64,000 nucleotides of DNA from positions 29,529 to 93,528 of the forward strand of contig PBUX01000064.1 in the NCBI GenBank assembly GCA_002728565.1. Direction: 5' to 3'. The notes beneath the pieces are model-generated. The model did not search any database. It was given only the letters and a program-made list of their open reading frames with translations, and was not told where the DNA came from. Shown piece after piece: positions 1 to 11,897 of this stretch. This DNA is from Methanobacteriota archaeon (GTDB lineage: Archaea > Thermoplasmatota > Poseidoniia > Poseidoniales > Thalassarchaeaceae). The position numbers and the translations under genes are program-made. The stretch's first letter is position 1. Each line of letters begins with the position of its first letter.

Positions 1-1
1 T

Positions 2-307
2 GACCAACACGTACTTCGCCGTAATCGGCAATTCGACCTAGTCGAAGTGATCGAGGCACACCCAGAGCTGCTCGGGATTGCGATAGATGAAAATACCGCC
101 GTCGTAGTCCAGAGAGATCAGTTTGAGGTTATTGGAGCGTCATATGTACTGATCTATGACAATGAATCTACTACTGGTGAGCACGGGAAATTCTATTTCC
201 TGGCACCTGGTGATCAGTACAATCTTGCTACCCGAGAAGCGACTAGACCTGGGCGTACAATGAGCCCAGTGGACAATGTCCAAAAGAAGCCTTGGGGAGG
301 AAGTTGA
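2..307 (+). CDS. Peptidase S51 / cyanophycinase-like protein, C-terminal fragment (5' end lies outside the window)
   Basis: Open frame runs from position 2 with no upstream stop. '...GIAIDENTAVVV...' resembles the C-termini of cyanophycinase/peptidase E family proteins. Confidence 0.4.
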   Translation, partial: DQHVLRRNRQFDLVEVIEAHPELLGIAIDENTAVVVQRDQFEVIGASYVLIYDNESTTGEHGKFYFLAPGDQYNLATREATRPGRTMSPVDNVQKKPWGGS

Positions 308-425
308 CGAATTCAGGTTCAGTGAGTTTGTGCTGGTGTTGCTTGCCGTTCATTATCGCGAATACCCCAAGACTCATTTGCCGTATGGACTTCCGTCCTA
401 CTAGTGTTCGCGGGTTTTCGACCCT

Positions 426-761
426 TTGCCGGAGTCTTTTATGAGCGAACAGCCCTCTCAAGGTTCTGCGGGCTATGGGCCCGATTCATCAAGTAGAGCA
501 CGGGCTACGGAGTACTGGAGACGGAATATTCGCTATGTGGGAATCCTTTTAGCGGTCTGGTTCGTCGTCTCATACGGCTTTGGGATTATAGCGGTGGAGC
601 CCCTCGATACGGTGACGATCCCGGGTACGGGCTTTCCCTTAGGATTTTGGTTTGCACAACAGGGTTCGATTTACGTTTTTGTGGCATTGATTTTTGTCTA
701 TGTCTTCCTGATGAATCGGCTGGATCGCGAGTTTGACCTGCGAGAAGGGGACGACGTATGA
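426..761 (+). CDS. DUF4212-type small membrane protein (putative solute:sodium symporter small subunit)
   Basis: 111 aa with two TM helices. Its stop overlaps the start of the downstream SSS transporter by 4 nt (ATGA), the typical DUF4212 + symporter pair. Confidence 0.65.
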   Translation: MPESFMSEQPSQGSAGYGPDSSSRARATEYWRRNIRYVGILLAVWFVVSYGFGIIAVEPLDTVTIPGTGFPLGFWFAQQGSIYVFVALIFVYVFLMNRLDREFDLREGDDV

Positions 762-2461
762 GCGTCCAGTCTTGGACCTTTTTATTGGTAGCTGCGTCGT
801 TCACGCTCTATATCGGGATTGCAGTTTGGTCCCGTGCAAGTTCGACAAAAGACTTCTACGTAGCAGGCACAGGTGTCTCACCTTTGGCCAATGGGATGGC
901 TACCGCTGCCGACTGGATGAGTGCTGCGTCATTTATTTCGATGGCTGGTCTCATCTCGTTCATGGGATACGATGGTGCGGTCTACCTTATGGGCTGGACG
1001 GGTGGATACGTGCTGCTTGCACTGCTGCTGGCTCCCTACCTACGAAAGTTCGGAGCATTTACAGTGCCAGATTTTGTCGGTGATCGTTACTACTCTCAGA
1101 CCGCAAGGATTGTGGCGGTTGTGTGTGCGATCTTCGTCTCGTTCACATATGTGGCTGGGCAGATGCGGGGGGTCGGCGTTGTATTCAGTCGTTTCCTAGA
1201 AGTTGATGTAAATGTTGGAGTCTATATCGGGATGGCGATTGTTTTTTTCTACGCTGTCCTAGGTGGAATGAAAGGGATCACATACACACAAGTTGCCCAG
1301 TACTGTGTGCTGATCTTCGCCTACCTGGTTCCTGCTATCTTCTTGTCACTGCTGATCACGGGAAACCCTGTGCCCCAGTTGGGTTTCGGCGATGTTGACC
1401 AGGCTTCGGGAATATCACTACTAGAGCGACTGAATGGTCTACATCAGGAACTTGGATTTTCGGAGTACACGTCTGGAACAAAATCTAGCTTAGACGTCTT
1501 CTTTATAACGGCAGCACTTATGGTTGGAACCGCTGGTCTGCCGCATGTGATCATCCGCTTCTATACGGTCCCACGCGTACGGGATGCCCGCCTCTCCGTA
1601 GGATGGGCTCTCATATTTATCGCTCTCTTGTACACAACCGCTCCAGCGGTAGCCGTATTCGCTCGCACGAACCTCATCAACAGCGTTTCGGAAGTACCCT
1701 ACGCCCAGGTGCCTGAATGGTTCACGACATGGGAGGGTACTGGGTTACTTAGTTTCGAGGATCTCAATGGGGACGGACGCATCCAGTTTGTCGGTCCGGA
1801 TGCGCCGACGGCTAATGAATTAACAGTCGATAACGACATCATGGTCCTTGCGAACCCGGAGATTGCTGGTTTGCCGAATTGGGTCATAGGACTTGTGGCG
1901 GCTGGTGGTCTTGCAGCAGCACTATCTACCGCAGCCGGTCTTCTTCTCGTCGTATCTTCTGCCGTGAGTCACGATTTATTAAAACGATCTATTATGCCAG
2001 AAATCACAGAGCGTGGTGAACTAGTCGCTGCGCGGATTTCGGCGGGAGCCGCCGTGCTAGTGGCGGGTTATCTCGGTATCAATCCACCAGGTTTTGTAGC
2101 GCAGGTTGTTGCCTTCGCTTTCGGATTGGCTGCGGCCTCATTTTTCCCTGTCATCATCCTTGGAATATTTTCGAAACGTACGACCAGAGAGGGCGCGATC
2201 CTCGGCATGGTTTCCGGCATAACCGTGACCGCAGCTTACATCGCGTACTTCACGTTGCTTCATCCAGAACTCAACAACGCTGACAACTGGTGGTTCGGGA
2301 TTAGTCCGCAAGGGATTGGCACGGTCGGCATGCTACTCAATTTTGCGATCACGCTTACAGTATCGCGGTTCACTCCAGAGCCGCCACCCGAGGTACAGCA
2401 ACTCGTTGAAATGATTCGCGTGCCCAAGGGAGCAGGTGCGGTCCACGAGATCAGTACCTAA
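758..2461 (+). CDS. Sodium:solute symporter family (SSF) transporter, cation/acetate-symporter-like
   Basis: 567 aa polytopic membrane protein with SSF-like motifs, translationally coupled to the DUF4212 gene. Confidence 0.85.
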   Translation: MSVQSWTFLLVAASFTLYIGIAVWSRASSTKDFYVAGTGVSPLANGMATAADWMSAASFISMAGLISFMGYDGAVYLMGWTGGYVLLALLLAPYLRKFGAFTVPDFVGDRYYSQTARIVAVVCAIFVSFTYVAGQMRGVGVVFSRFLEVDVNVGVYIGMAIVFFYAVLGGMKGITYTQVAQYCVLIFAYLVPAIFLSLLITGNPVPQLGFGDVDQASGISLLERLNGLHQELGFSEYTSGTKSSLDVFFITAALMVGTAGLPHVIIRFYTVPRVRDARLSVGWALIFIALLYTTAPAVAVFARTNLINSVSEVPYAQVPEWFTTWEGTGLLSFEDLNGDGRIQFVGPDAPTANELTVDNDIMVLANPEIAGLPNWVIGLVAAGGLAAALSTAAGLLLVVSSAVSHDLLKRSIMPEITERGELVAARISAGAAVLVAGYLGINPPGFVAQVVAFAFGLAAASFFPVIILGIFSKRTTREGAILGMVSGITVTAAYIAYFTLLHPELNNADNWWFGISPQGIGTVGMLLNFAITLTVSRFTPEPPPEVQQLVEMIRVPKGAGAVHEIST

Positions 2462-2504
2462 GGGCTGATTAGCTCGAGGCGTTCAAAATAAGCTCAGGAA
2501 ATGA

Positions 2505-4649
<2,145 letters not shown>

Positions 4650-4709
4650 AGTCAATTAGCACGCCACGGTTCATAGAGCTCGAGAGATATTGATAACAAG
4701 CGATTGCTG

Positions 4710-5984
4710 CTAATTCTCAGTCTTGGTTCGTACCGGTTGGCCTGCGACGTATACCTGATCAATCAACTGTGTATATGTGATGTCCCGGGTAGGGTCTTCA
4801 TCCAACACGATGAAGTCTGCCCACTTTCCTGGCTCGAGGGTTCCAATATCGTCTTCTAGGCCAAGGCAGCTAGCAGCCACGCTTGTGGCCGCTAACAAGG
4901 CTTGTGTCGGGGTCAGTCCACCTCCGACCATCAGTGCCAACTCCATATGCTCGAAGTAGCCGGGGAATCGGCCTGCAGGACCCGCGTCAGTTCCGAATGT
5001 TACTAGGGCGCCAGCATCTTGGAGGATTACCATGTTCTCCATTGCCTGAACGAGCGCGACTCTGTAGGCCGCACCGGAGGCACTCGCCAGGGTACGTTCC
5101 ATATAAGCAGGTTCACTCAGTCTCTCGATTTCATCCTCATTCGCATACTCTGTGAAAAACTCGTCGTCAAAAAATCCTGGTCTTGTGCCGTAGATATATG
5201 TGCTCACTTCACGAGTAAGAGTTGGGACATAGCAGATGCCACTTTCGAGAAGACTATCTATAAACTCTTCATCTACGTCCGTGTCCCTTACGGAGTGTGC
5301 GATCATCCCAGTTCCCATATCGATCAAGCGCTTGGCATCTTCAAGGTAGAAAAGATGTGTGGCGACTTGGATCCCTCTTTCGTTGCCGACGTCCATCACG
5401 GCCTGGACCGCATCCCACGGCATTTTACGTGACGAGCCAAGATTGTCATCTACCCTGAGCTTGAGCCAATCAACACCTGCGTCCGCATTAGCGATCGCTT
5501 GATTGCGAGCTGCCTCTGGGGTATTACCGGAGATTACTGCTCCTGCAGATAGCAGCCGAGCTCGCGGATCCAGGGGGCTTGAAGACTTCCGCGCTTCTAT
5601 CACGGCCAAGCCGTCGCCTAGACTATTCACTGTCGTGACTCCGTACTTTGCAAAGAGTTCGAGGTCACCACGGATACGGTCTTGCTCATCGACAATATCT
5701 TCGGCAGCCCATCGACCACTTACATGACCATGGGTGTTGATGAGCCCGGGAATCAAGACCTTGCCCTCAAGGAACACGATCTCTGTTCCAGTTGGGATTT
5801 CGGCTGACCGGGAGACCGCCGTAATGCGACCATCCTCTACAACCATTGTTGCGTTGCGGATGATCGAAGCACCAGTGCCATCCCATACGGAAGCGCCGAC
5901 GTAGGCTGTCGTTTGGGCTGCAAGGTTAGAGCCCGCCGCGAGGAGGACGGCGGTGAGAGTCGAAAGCGAGCGTAGTCTAATCAT
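4710..5984 (-). CDS. Secreted amidohydrolase family protein
   Basis: Signal peptide, followed by the amidohydrolase metal-binding motif 'LIPGLINTHGH'. Confidence 0.8.
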   Translation of the reverse strand: MIRLRSLSTLTAVLLAAGSNLAAQTTAYVGASVWDGTGASIIRNATMVVEDGRITAVSRSAEIPTGTEIVFLEGKVLIPGLINTHGHVSGRWAAEDIVDEQDRIRGDLELFAKYGVTTVNSLGDGLAVIEARKSSSPLDPRARLLSAGAVISGNTPEAARNQAIANADAGVDWLKLRVDDNLGSSRKMPWDAVQAVMDVGNERGIQVATHLFYLEDAKRLIDMGTGMIAHSVRDTDVDEEFIDSLLESGICYVPTLTREVSTYIYGTRPGFFDDEFFTEYANEDEIERLSEPAYMERTLASASGAAYRVALVQAMENMVILQDAGALVTFGTDAGPAGRFPGYFEHMELALMVGGGLTPTQALLAATSVAASCLGLEDDIGTLEPGKWADFIVLDEDPTRDITYTQLIDQVYVAGQPVRTKTEN

Positions 5985-6206
5985 AATCCGACCTTACTTC
6001 GAATCTGCAGTTGGTGGCAAGGGGCTCTGTCTGATGGATGACGAACGAAAGGCACCTCACAGAGACCTTAAATTGTTATTAGACTGGCTCCCTAGGGGAG
6101 ACGAGTTCATCTTATTGGTAGTCATTGATAGTGAGCGCGTCCTAAGTCAGAGGTAATTTGCCGTGCGGATTTCAGGGGGCTGTAGGGAGAAGAGCGTGGC
6201 CGAAAG

Positions 6207-8648
6207 GTGGAAACGATGAAGACATTTAGTGTGCTATCAGCGATGCTCGGGGTCATACTCGTTTCTCTAGGAGACCAGTATCCGGAGACTACACGGGCTG
6301 ATCTCCTTGCCTCCGTAATCGAACAAGGTGCAGCCTCAAGTAATGATGTGATCCAGCAGTATTGCGTGCGTTGTCACAATGACAGTGCATTGCGGGGGAA
6401 TATGACTCTGGAGCAGTTCGACTTGGCTAACGCTGAGGACAATCCAGAGCTGACTGAGAAAATGATCAGTAAGGTCCGAGCCGGTATGATGCCGCCACCG
6501 GGTGCTAGGCGTCCGGCGGGAGACACACTCAGAGTTCTAGCTGAAGAACTTGAGTTACATATGGATGGATTCGCTGCACGCAGTCCCAACCCAGGCGGCC
6601 GAACCTTCCAGCGTCTTAATCGGTCGGAATATGAGAGAGCGGTCTTCGATTTGCTTGGCCTTGAAGTTGATGCTGGAGCATATCTGCCGCTGGACACCAA
6701 GAGCGAAAATTTCGACAACATTGCTGATGTACAGCTTCTGTCGCCAACATTACTTGATGCCTACCTGAATGCGGCAGCAGATATCAGCCGCCTCGCGTTG
6801 GGGGATCCCAATGCAAGACCAGCTGAGCACACCTACAACGTCTCCGGCTACCGCTCTCAGACAGAACGGGTCCCTGGTGCACCATTTGGTACGCGAGGAG
6901 GTGTCTCCGTCGTGCATACGTTCCCAGCAGACGGAGAGTACATTTTCCGGATCGCTTTTGAACATACGACGACCGGTGACGGTTTCGTTGGTCAGATCAT
7001 AAGATTCGAGCAGGTCGAAGTCTCTGTGAATGGCTCACGAGTTGCGCTATTGGATCTGGACCAATGGATGCGCATATCCGATCCCGAGGGGATTTCAATG
7101 CGAACTGACCCAATCTTTGTGCGTGCTGGTCCGCAACGTGTGACTGCTGCTTTCATCCGAAAAACAGAAGGACCAGTCGAGGACCTCATGTCCCCACATG
7201 ACTGGTCTCTTGCTGATCGTCATACTGGTATCAGTGGTTATGGTTTGACTCTTCTGCCACATGTTCGCGATCTGGTCATTTCAGGTCCGAACAAGGTTAC
7301 TGGCGTCTCTGAATCGCCGATTAGGCAGAATATTTTTACCTGTCGTCCCACTTTGGCTGATGAGGCGCATCCTTGCGCTGAGGAGATTATCTCCGGACTA
7401 GCCAGACAAGCATACCGCAGACCGCTCAATGAGCGGGATCTTGAGTTCTTAATGTCGTTTTACGAGGAAGGAGCTAGTGGTGGCTTCGAGATAGGGATTC
7501 GTACCGCACTCCAAGCAATTCTAGCAAGTCCTCACTTCGTATTCCGTTTCGAAGAAGCTCCCCCGAACGTGCAGCCGGGGGAAAGCTATCGAATTAGTGA
7601 TGTCGATTTGGCATCACGACTTTCTTTCTTCCTATGGGGAACTGCTCCTGACCCTGAGCTACTAGGAGTTGCTGAGCGAGGGGAACTCTCTGATCCGGAA
7701 GAGCTTGAGAATCAAGTGCTTAGGATGTTGAGTGACAGGCGTGCTGAGTCTCTTGGCCCGAGGTTCGCGGGGCAGTGGCTTCGCTTACAGGACCTTGATA
7801 AGGTCCATCCTGATCAATTCTGGTTCCCTGATTTCGATCAACAGCTAGCAGAAGCAATGCGGCAAGAGACAGAGCTGTTGTTCAACTATTTGGTAAGTGA
7901 GAACAGGAGTATTTTAGACCTCTATTCAGCGGACTACACATTCGTGAACGAGCGTTTGGCTCGGCACTATAGTATTCCAGGCGTTGTCGGTGATCATTTC
8001 CGTCGAATCGTATATCCAGATGATCAGAGGAGAGGAGTGTTTGGGCATGGCAGTGTCCTCACACTTACCTCCCACGCGAATCGCACATCACCTGTGCTTC
8101 GAGGGAAGTGGGTGATGGAGGTTCTTCTTGGATCGCCGCCACCACCACCTCCACCAGGCATTCCGGACCTTGAAGAAACTGAAAGCTCAGAAGCGGGAAG
8201 GATACTGACTACTCGAGAACGAATGGAAGCTCATCGAACAAACCCGACATGTAACTCGTGTCACAGGTTTATTGACCCAATTGGTCTCGCACTCGATAAC
8301 TTTGATGTCACGGGCCGGTGGCGGATACGAGAGAATGGTGCACCCCTCGACACGAGAGGTGAACTCTATGATGGGACACCTGTTTCGAATCCGACTGAGC
8401 TGAAGGATGCCCTTTTGAAGCGGCCAATACCTCTGATTCGAACATTTACTGAGAATTTGATGGCGTACGCCCTGGGAAGAAGGGTAGAATACTATGATCA
8501 GCCGACTGTGCGATCGATAGCCCGGGCTGCTGCTACAGAGGGATACAAAATATCCGCTTTCATACTTGGGGTGGTTGAAAGCGATGCGTTTCAGGTTCAG
8601 CAAGTGGCAAACGTAGTCGACAATCAGTTGCAGGACCTGCCAAATTAG
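6207..8648 (+). CDS. DUF1592/DUF1595/DUF1587/DUF1588/DUF1585 'Planctomycete cytochrome c' (PSCyt/PSD) protein, copy A; two CxxCH motifs
   Basis: 813 aa with a Sec signal peptide. CVRCH near the N-terminus and CNSCH near the C-terminus. Poly-Pro tract (PPPPPPP). About 65-70% identical to the paralog at 12483-14942. Confidence 0.85.
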   Translation: METMKTFSVLSAMLGVILVSLGDQYPETTRADLLASVIEQGAASSNDVIQQYCVRCHNDSALRGNMTLEQFDLANAEDNPELTEKMISKVRAGMMPPPGARRPAGDTLRVLAEELELHMDGFAARSPNPGGRTFQRLNRSEYERAVFDLLGLEVDAGAYLPLDTKSENFDNIADVQLLSPTLLDAYLNAAADISRLALGDPNARPAEHTYNVSGYRSQTERVPGAPFGTRGGVSVVHTFPADGEYIFRIAFEHTTTGDGFVGQIIRFEQVEVSVNGSRVALLDLDQWMRISDPEGISMRTDPIFVRAGPQRVTAAFIRKTEGPVEDLMSPHDWSLADRHTGISGYGLTLLPHVRDLVISGPNKVTGVSESPIRQNIFTCRPTLADEAHPCAEEIISGLARQAYRRPLNERDLEFLMSFYEEGASGGFEIGIRTALQAILASPHFVFRFEEAPPNVQPGESYRISDVDLASRLSFFLWGTAPDPELLGVAERGELSDPEELENQVLRMLSDRRAESLGPRFAGQWLRLQDLDKVHPDQFWFPDFDQQLAEAMRQETELLFNYLVSENRSILDLYSADYTFVNERLARHYSIPGVVGDHFRRIVYPDDQRRGVFGHGSVLTLTSHANRTSPVLRGKWVMEVLLGSPPPPPPPGIPDLEETESSEAGRILTTRERMEAHRTNPTCNSCHRFIDPIGLALDNFDVTGRWRIRENGAPLDTRGELYDGTPVSNPTELKDALLKRPIPLIRTFTENLMAYALGRRVEYYDQPTVRSIARAAATEGYKISAFILGVVESDAFQVQQVANVVDNQLQDLPN

Positions 8649-8667
8649 GTATGAGGAGAAGAGCTAT

Positions 8668-10080
8668 ATGAATTTTGTCACGGGAAAGCAGATACCGCGC
8701 CGAACATTTGTGAAAGGTGTTGGTGCTTCAATGGCCCTACCTTTTCTGGACGCGATGATCCCAGCGGGGAGAGTGTGGTCGAAGGCATTGCCAGAGGCAG
8801 ATCCAACCCGTGTGATTGCAATTGAGATGGTCCACGGAGCCGCCGGATGTAACGAGTGGGGTGCCACACAGAACTTATGGTCTCCTGCTCAGGTTGGGCG
8901 TGACTTTGACCTAACACCAAGCGCGCTTAGCCCGCTCGAGTCTTTCCGCGACTATTTGACGATTATCAGTAATACTGATGTTAAGATGGCTGAAGCATTC
9001 GAGCCGCCTGAGATAGGGGGTGACCACTTCCGATCAAGTGCAGTCTATCTCACGCAATCTCACCCCAAGCAAACCCGAGGCTCAGATCTCTATGCTGGAA
9101 CATCTTTTGATCAACTGTGTGCGCAGCGATTCGGTCAAGAGACATCGATTCCGTCAATGCAGCTGTGTATTGAACCCGTAGATCAATCTGGTGGGTGTGC
9201 TTATGGATACGCTTGTGCCTATACGGATTCGATAAGCTGGGCATCGCCGAGTGAACCACTCCCGATGATCCGGGATCCTCGCGTGGCGTTTGAAATGCTA
9301 TTCGGGGCAGGTGGGACTCCGGAAGAACGTGCAGCTCGCAGAAAGACAAATAAGAGTATACTTGATTGGATTACAGAAGAAATTGCTTTTCTTAGGAAAG
9401 ACCTAGGACCCACAGATCACGCTAGGCTGGACCGCTATCTGGACAACGTCCGCGAATTGGAACGACGTATCCAAGCAATTGAAGCCCAGAACAGAAGTGG
9501 AGAATCTCGCGAGCTACCTGAAGCTCCTGCGGGTGTGCCTGACTCTTTCGAAGAGCACGTCAAGCTGATGTTTGACCTTCAGGCTCTTGCTTTTGCATCA
9601 GATGTCACCCGTGTTTTTTCCTTCAAGACCGGTCGAGACGCCTCAGGTCGTGTCTACCCAGAGAGCGGCACTGATCGTCCGTTCCATGGAGCTTCGCACC
9701 ACGGAGGCCGTGAGGAGGCAATTCTTGAGTTCTTCAAGATCAATAAGTACCACACGAGCCTACTTCCATATCTCTTGAACAACCTTGCGAGCATTGAAGA
9801 AGCCGACGGTAATCTGCTGGACAACACGATGATTATTTATGGATCACCGATGGCGGACGGAAATCTTCACAACCATCGGCGCTGTCCACTGATTGTTCTC
9901 GGAGGTGCAGGAGGACACAACCCTGGAAATCTCCACTTAAAGGCTCCAGACGGGACTCCAATGGCCAACGTGATGTTGAGCTTACTCCATGATCTTGGGG
10001 TTGATGACTTGGAGAACTTCGGGGACAGCAGTGGCGAGTTCTCATTATCGATGCCAGTGACTTTTTCTACTAACAGCTGA
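8668..10080 (+). CDS. DUF1552 (HxxSHH) protein, Tat-exported, copy A
   Basis: Twin-arginine motif RRTFVKG and 'FHGASHHGGREEA'. This is the canonical partner of DUF1592 proteins. Paralog at 14970-16388. Confidence 0.85.
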   Translation: MNFVTGKQIPRRTFVKGVGASMALPFLDAMIPAGRVWSKALPEADPTRVIAIEMVHGAAGCNEWGATQNLWSPAQVGRDFDLTPSALSPLESFRDYLTIISNTDVKMAEAFEPPEIGGDHFRSSAVYLTQSHPKQTRGSDLYAGTSFDQLCAQRFGQETSIPSMQLCIEPVDQSGGCAYGYACAYTDSISWASPSEPLPMIRDPRVAFEMLFGAGGTPEERAARRKTNKSILDWITEEIAFLRKDLGPTDHARLDRYLDNVRELERRIQAIEAQNRSGESRELPEAPAGVPDSFEEHVKLMFDLQALAFASDVTRVFSFKTGRDASGRVYPESGTDRPFHGASHHGGREEAILEFFKINKYHTSLLPYLLNNLASIEEADGNLLDNTMIIYGSPMADGNLHNHRRCPLIVLGGAGGHNPGNLHLKAPDGTPMANVMLSLLHDLGVDDLENFGDSSGEFSLSMPVTFSTNS

Positions 10081-10090
10081 GTAGAGAGCA

Positions 10091-11881
10091 TTGATAGGCC
10101 GTGAGGTGAGTCTTAGGGTTTTGGGCGTATTATGCTTCAGCCTGCTAATTCTTGCAGGTAAGCCCTTAGATTCACCGGTTGCCGATGCGGCAATGAATGG
10201 GGATCTAGACGAGGTTCGCCTGCTCTTGAGTCGTGGTGAAGATGTAAACGCTGCCCACGCAGATGGTATGACCGCACTGCATTGGGCTGCAGAAAACGCG
10301 CATACAGAAATGAGTTCGTTGCTTGTTTCAGCTGGTGCAAACCTTGAGGCGGTAACGCGGATAGGCGGTTACACGCCTCTCCATTTGGCGACGAGGAAAG
10401 GTTCTAGAGGAGTCGCCTTGCACCTCCTTGAGGCAGGTGCTGATCCACGAGCTGAAACTGAGACTGGGAACGTCACCCCGCTCCACTTCGCTGCAGCCGC
10501 TGGAGACGTGGGGTTAACGTCTTCTGTAATAGCGCATGGGGTGGATGTAGACGTACGTGAATCGACTTGGGGCCAAACTCCTTTAATTTTTGCGTCTTCA
10601 GCTGGCCATCTGGATGTCGTGCGTGTGTTGCTCTCGAATGGAGCTGATGCTTCACTCACCACGAAGGTTGTCGACATTCCTGCCCTAGATGAGGTAGACC
10701 GAACAGCGCGCAGAGTTCGTAACGAAATGCTGGAGGCCTTCAAGTCTGCCGCGATGGGAGGGCCAGGTTGGCGACCAGAGCCTAGCCAGGTGCGCGCAGC
10801 AGTTCAGGCAGCACAGCAGGTCCAGCGCTCCCTGACAAGCGTATCGGATGCACCAGAGCGGGAAGAGCAACCTGGTGCTCAGTTGGAAGTCCCATTGGGT
10901 TACACGGAGCTGGTAGGTAGGCAGGGCGGGCTTACACCGCTACTCCATGCAGTACGCGAAGGTCACGTCGATTTAGCACTTGCTCTTGTGGATTTCGGGG
11001 CGGATATCAATCAGGTAAGTGAAGGAGACCGTACTAGTCCAATCCTGATGGCAACAATAAACGGACACTTTGATTTAGCACTGCTGCTTCTTGATCGCGG
11101 CGCGGACCCGACGCTTGCTAGTGACGCTGGTGCAACACCACTCTTTTCGTCGCTGAACACACACTGGGCGCCCAAATCCCGGTATCCTCAACAGCACGCG
11201 TATCGTCAGCAAGATGCGACTTACCTAGATGTGATGAAGAGGTTCTTAGAGGCTGGTGTAGACCCGAACGTCAGGCTCAGGAAGCACATCTGGTACATGT
11301 CTTACACTTTCGACCTACTCCGAGTAAACACGATTGGTGCAACTCCTTTCTGGCGTGCAGCTTACGCTACGGATGTTGATGCGATGAAACTTCTTGTGGA
11401 GTACGGGGCGGATTACGGAGTTCCAACACTGAAACCACCTGGACGCGGACGAGGTGGTGCTAGTTCGAGCGAAGATCCTTCGGGGCTAGCAGCTATTCCT
11501 GATGGTGGCCCAGGAGTATTCCCGATCCACGCTGCAACTGGCGTTGGGTATGGAGAGGGATATGCAGGCAATTCTCATCGGCATGTCCCAGACGGCTGGC
11601 TACCTGCGGTTAGATACTTGGTCGAGGAACTAGGAGCAGATGTAAATGCTAGAGACCATAATGGATACAGCCCAGTTCATCATGCAGCAGCTCGCGGTGA
11701 CAACGAACTTATCCATTACCTAGTTCAGCAAGGTGCTGATGTGACGTTTATTAGCCGTCGAGGGCAGACAACAGTTGATATGGCGAACGGCCCACAGCAA
11801 CGGATCAGTCCATTTCCAGAAACGATCTCGTTGCTGGAAAGCCTGGGTGCGAAGAATAACCACAATTGTTTGTCTTGCTGA
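10091..11881 (+). CDS. Secreted ankyrin-repeat protein, copy A (C-terminal ...LESLGAKNNHNCLSC)
   Basis: Signal peptide. Multiple ANK repeats (…GMTALHWAAENAH…, …YTPLHLATRKG…, …NGYSPVHHAAARGD…). Paralog at 16391-18175. Confidence 0.8.
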   Translation: MIGREVSLRVLGVLCFSLLILAGKPLDSPVADAAMNGDLDEVRLLLSRGEDVNAAHADGMTALHWAAENAHTEMSSLLVSAGANLEAVTRIGGYTPLHLATRKGSRGVALHLLEAGADPRAETETGNVTPLHFAAAAGDVGLTSSVIAHGVDVDVRESTWGQTPLIFASSAGHLDVVRVLLSNGADASLTTKVVDIPALDEVDRTARRVRNEMLEAFKSAAMGGPGWRPEPSQVRAAVQAAQQVQRSLTSVSDAPEREEQPGAQLEVPLGYTELVGRQGGLTPLLHAVREGHVDLALALVDFGADINQVSEGDRTSPILMATINGHFDLALLLLDRGADPTLASDAGATPLFSSLNTHWAPKSRYPQQHAYRQQDATYLDVMKRFLEAGVDPNVRLRKHIWYMSYTFDLLRVNTIGATPFWRAAYATDVDAMKLLVEYGADYGVPTLKPPGRGRGGASSSEDPSGLAAIPDGGPGVFPIHAATGVGYGEGYAGNSHRHVPDGWLPAVRYLVEELGADVNARDHNGYSPVHHAAARGDNELIHYLVQQGADVTFISRRGQTTVDMANGPQQRISPFPETISLLESLGAKNNHNCLSC

Positions 11882-11897
11882 TCAACTAGTTAGTCTA

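Noticed and set aside
4777-5432. Plus-strand ORFs (60-137 aa) inside the amidohydrolase gene, and the many similar antisense ORFs listed throughout the ORF track
   Set aside because: They are antisense to well-supported genes and are typical GC-rich spurious ORFs with no homology signal.
8103-8160. GC-rich 'ccgccaccaccacctccacc' repeat (also present at 14436-14458)
   Set aside because: It is a coding poly-proline linker conserved in both DUF1592 paralogs, not a non-coding repeat element.
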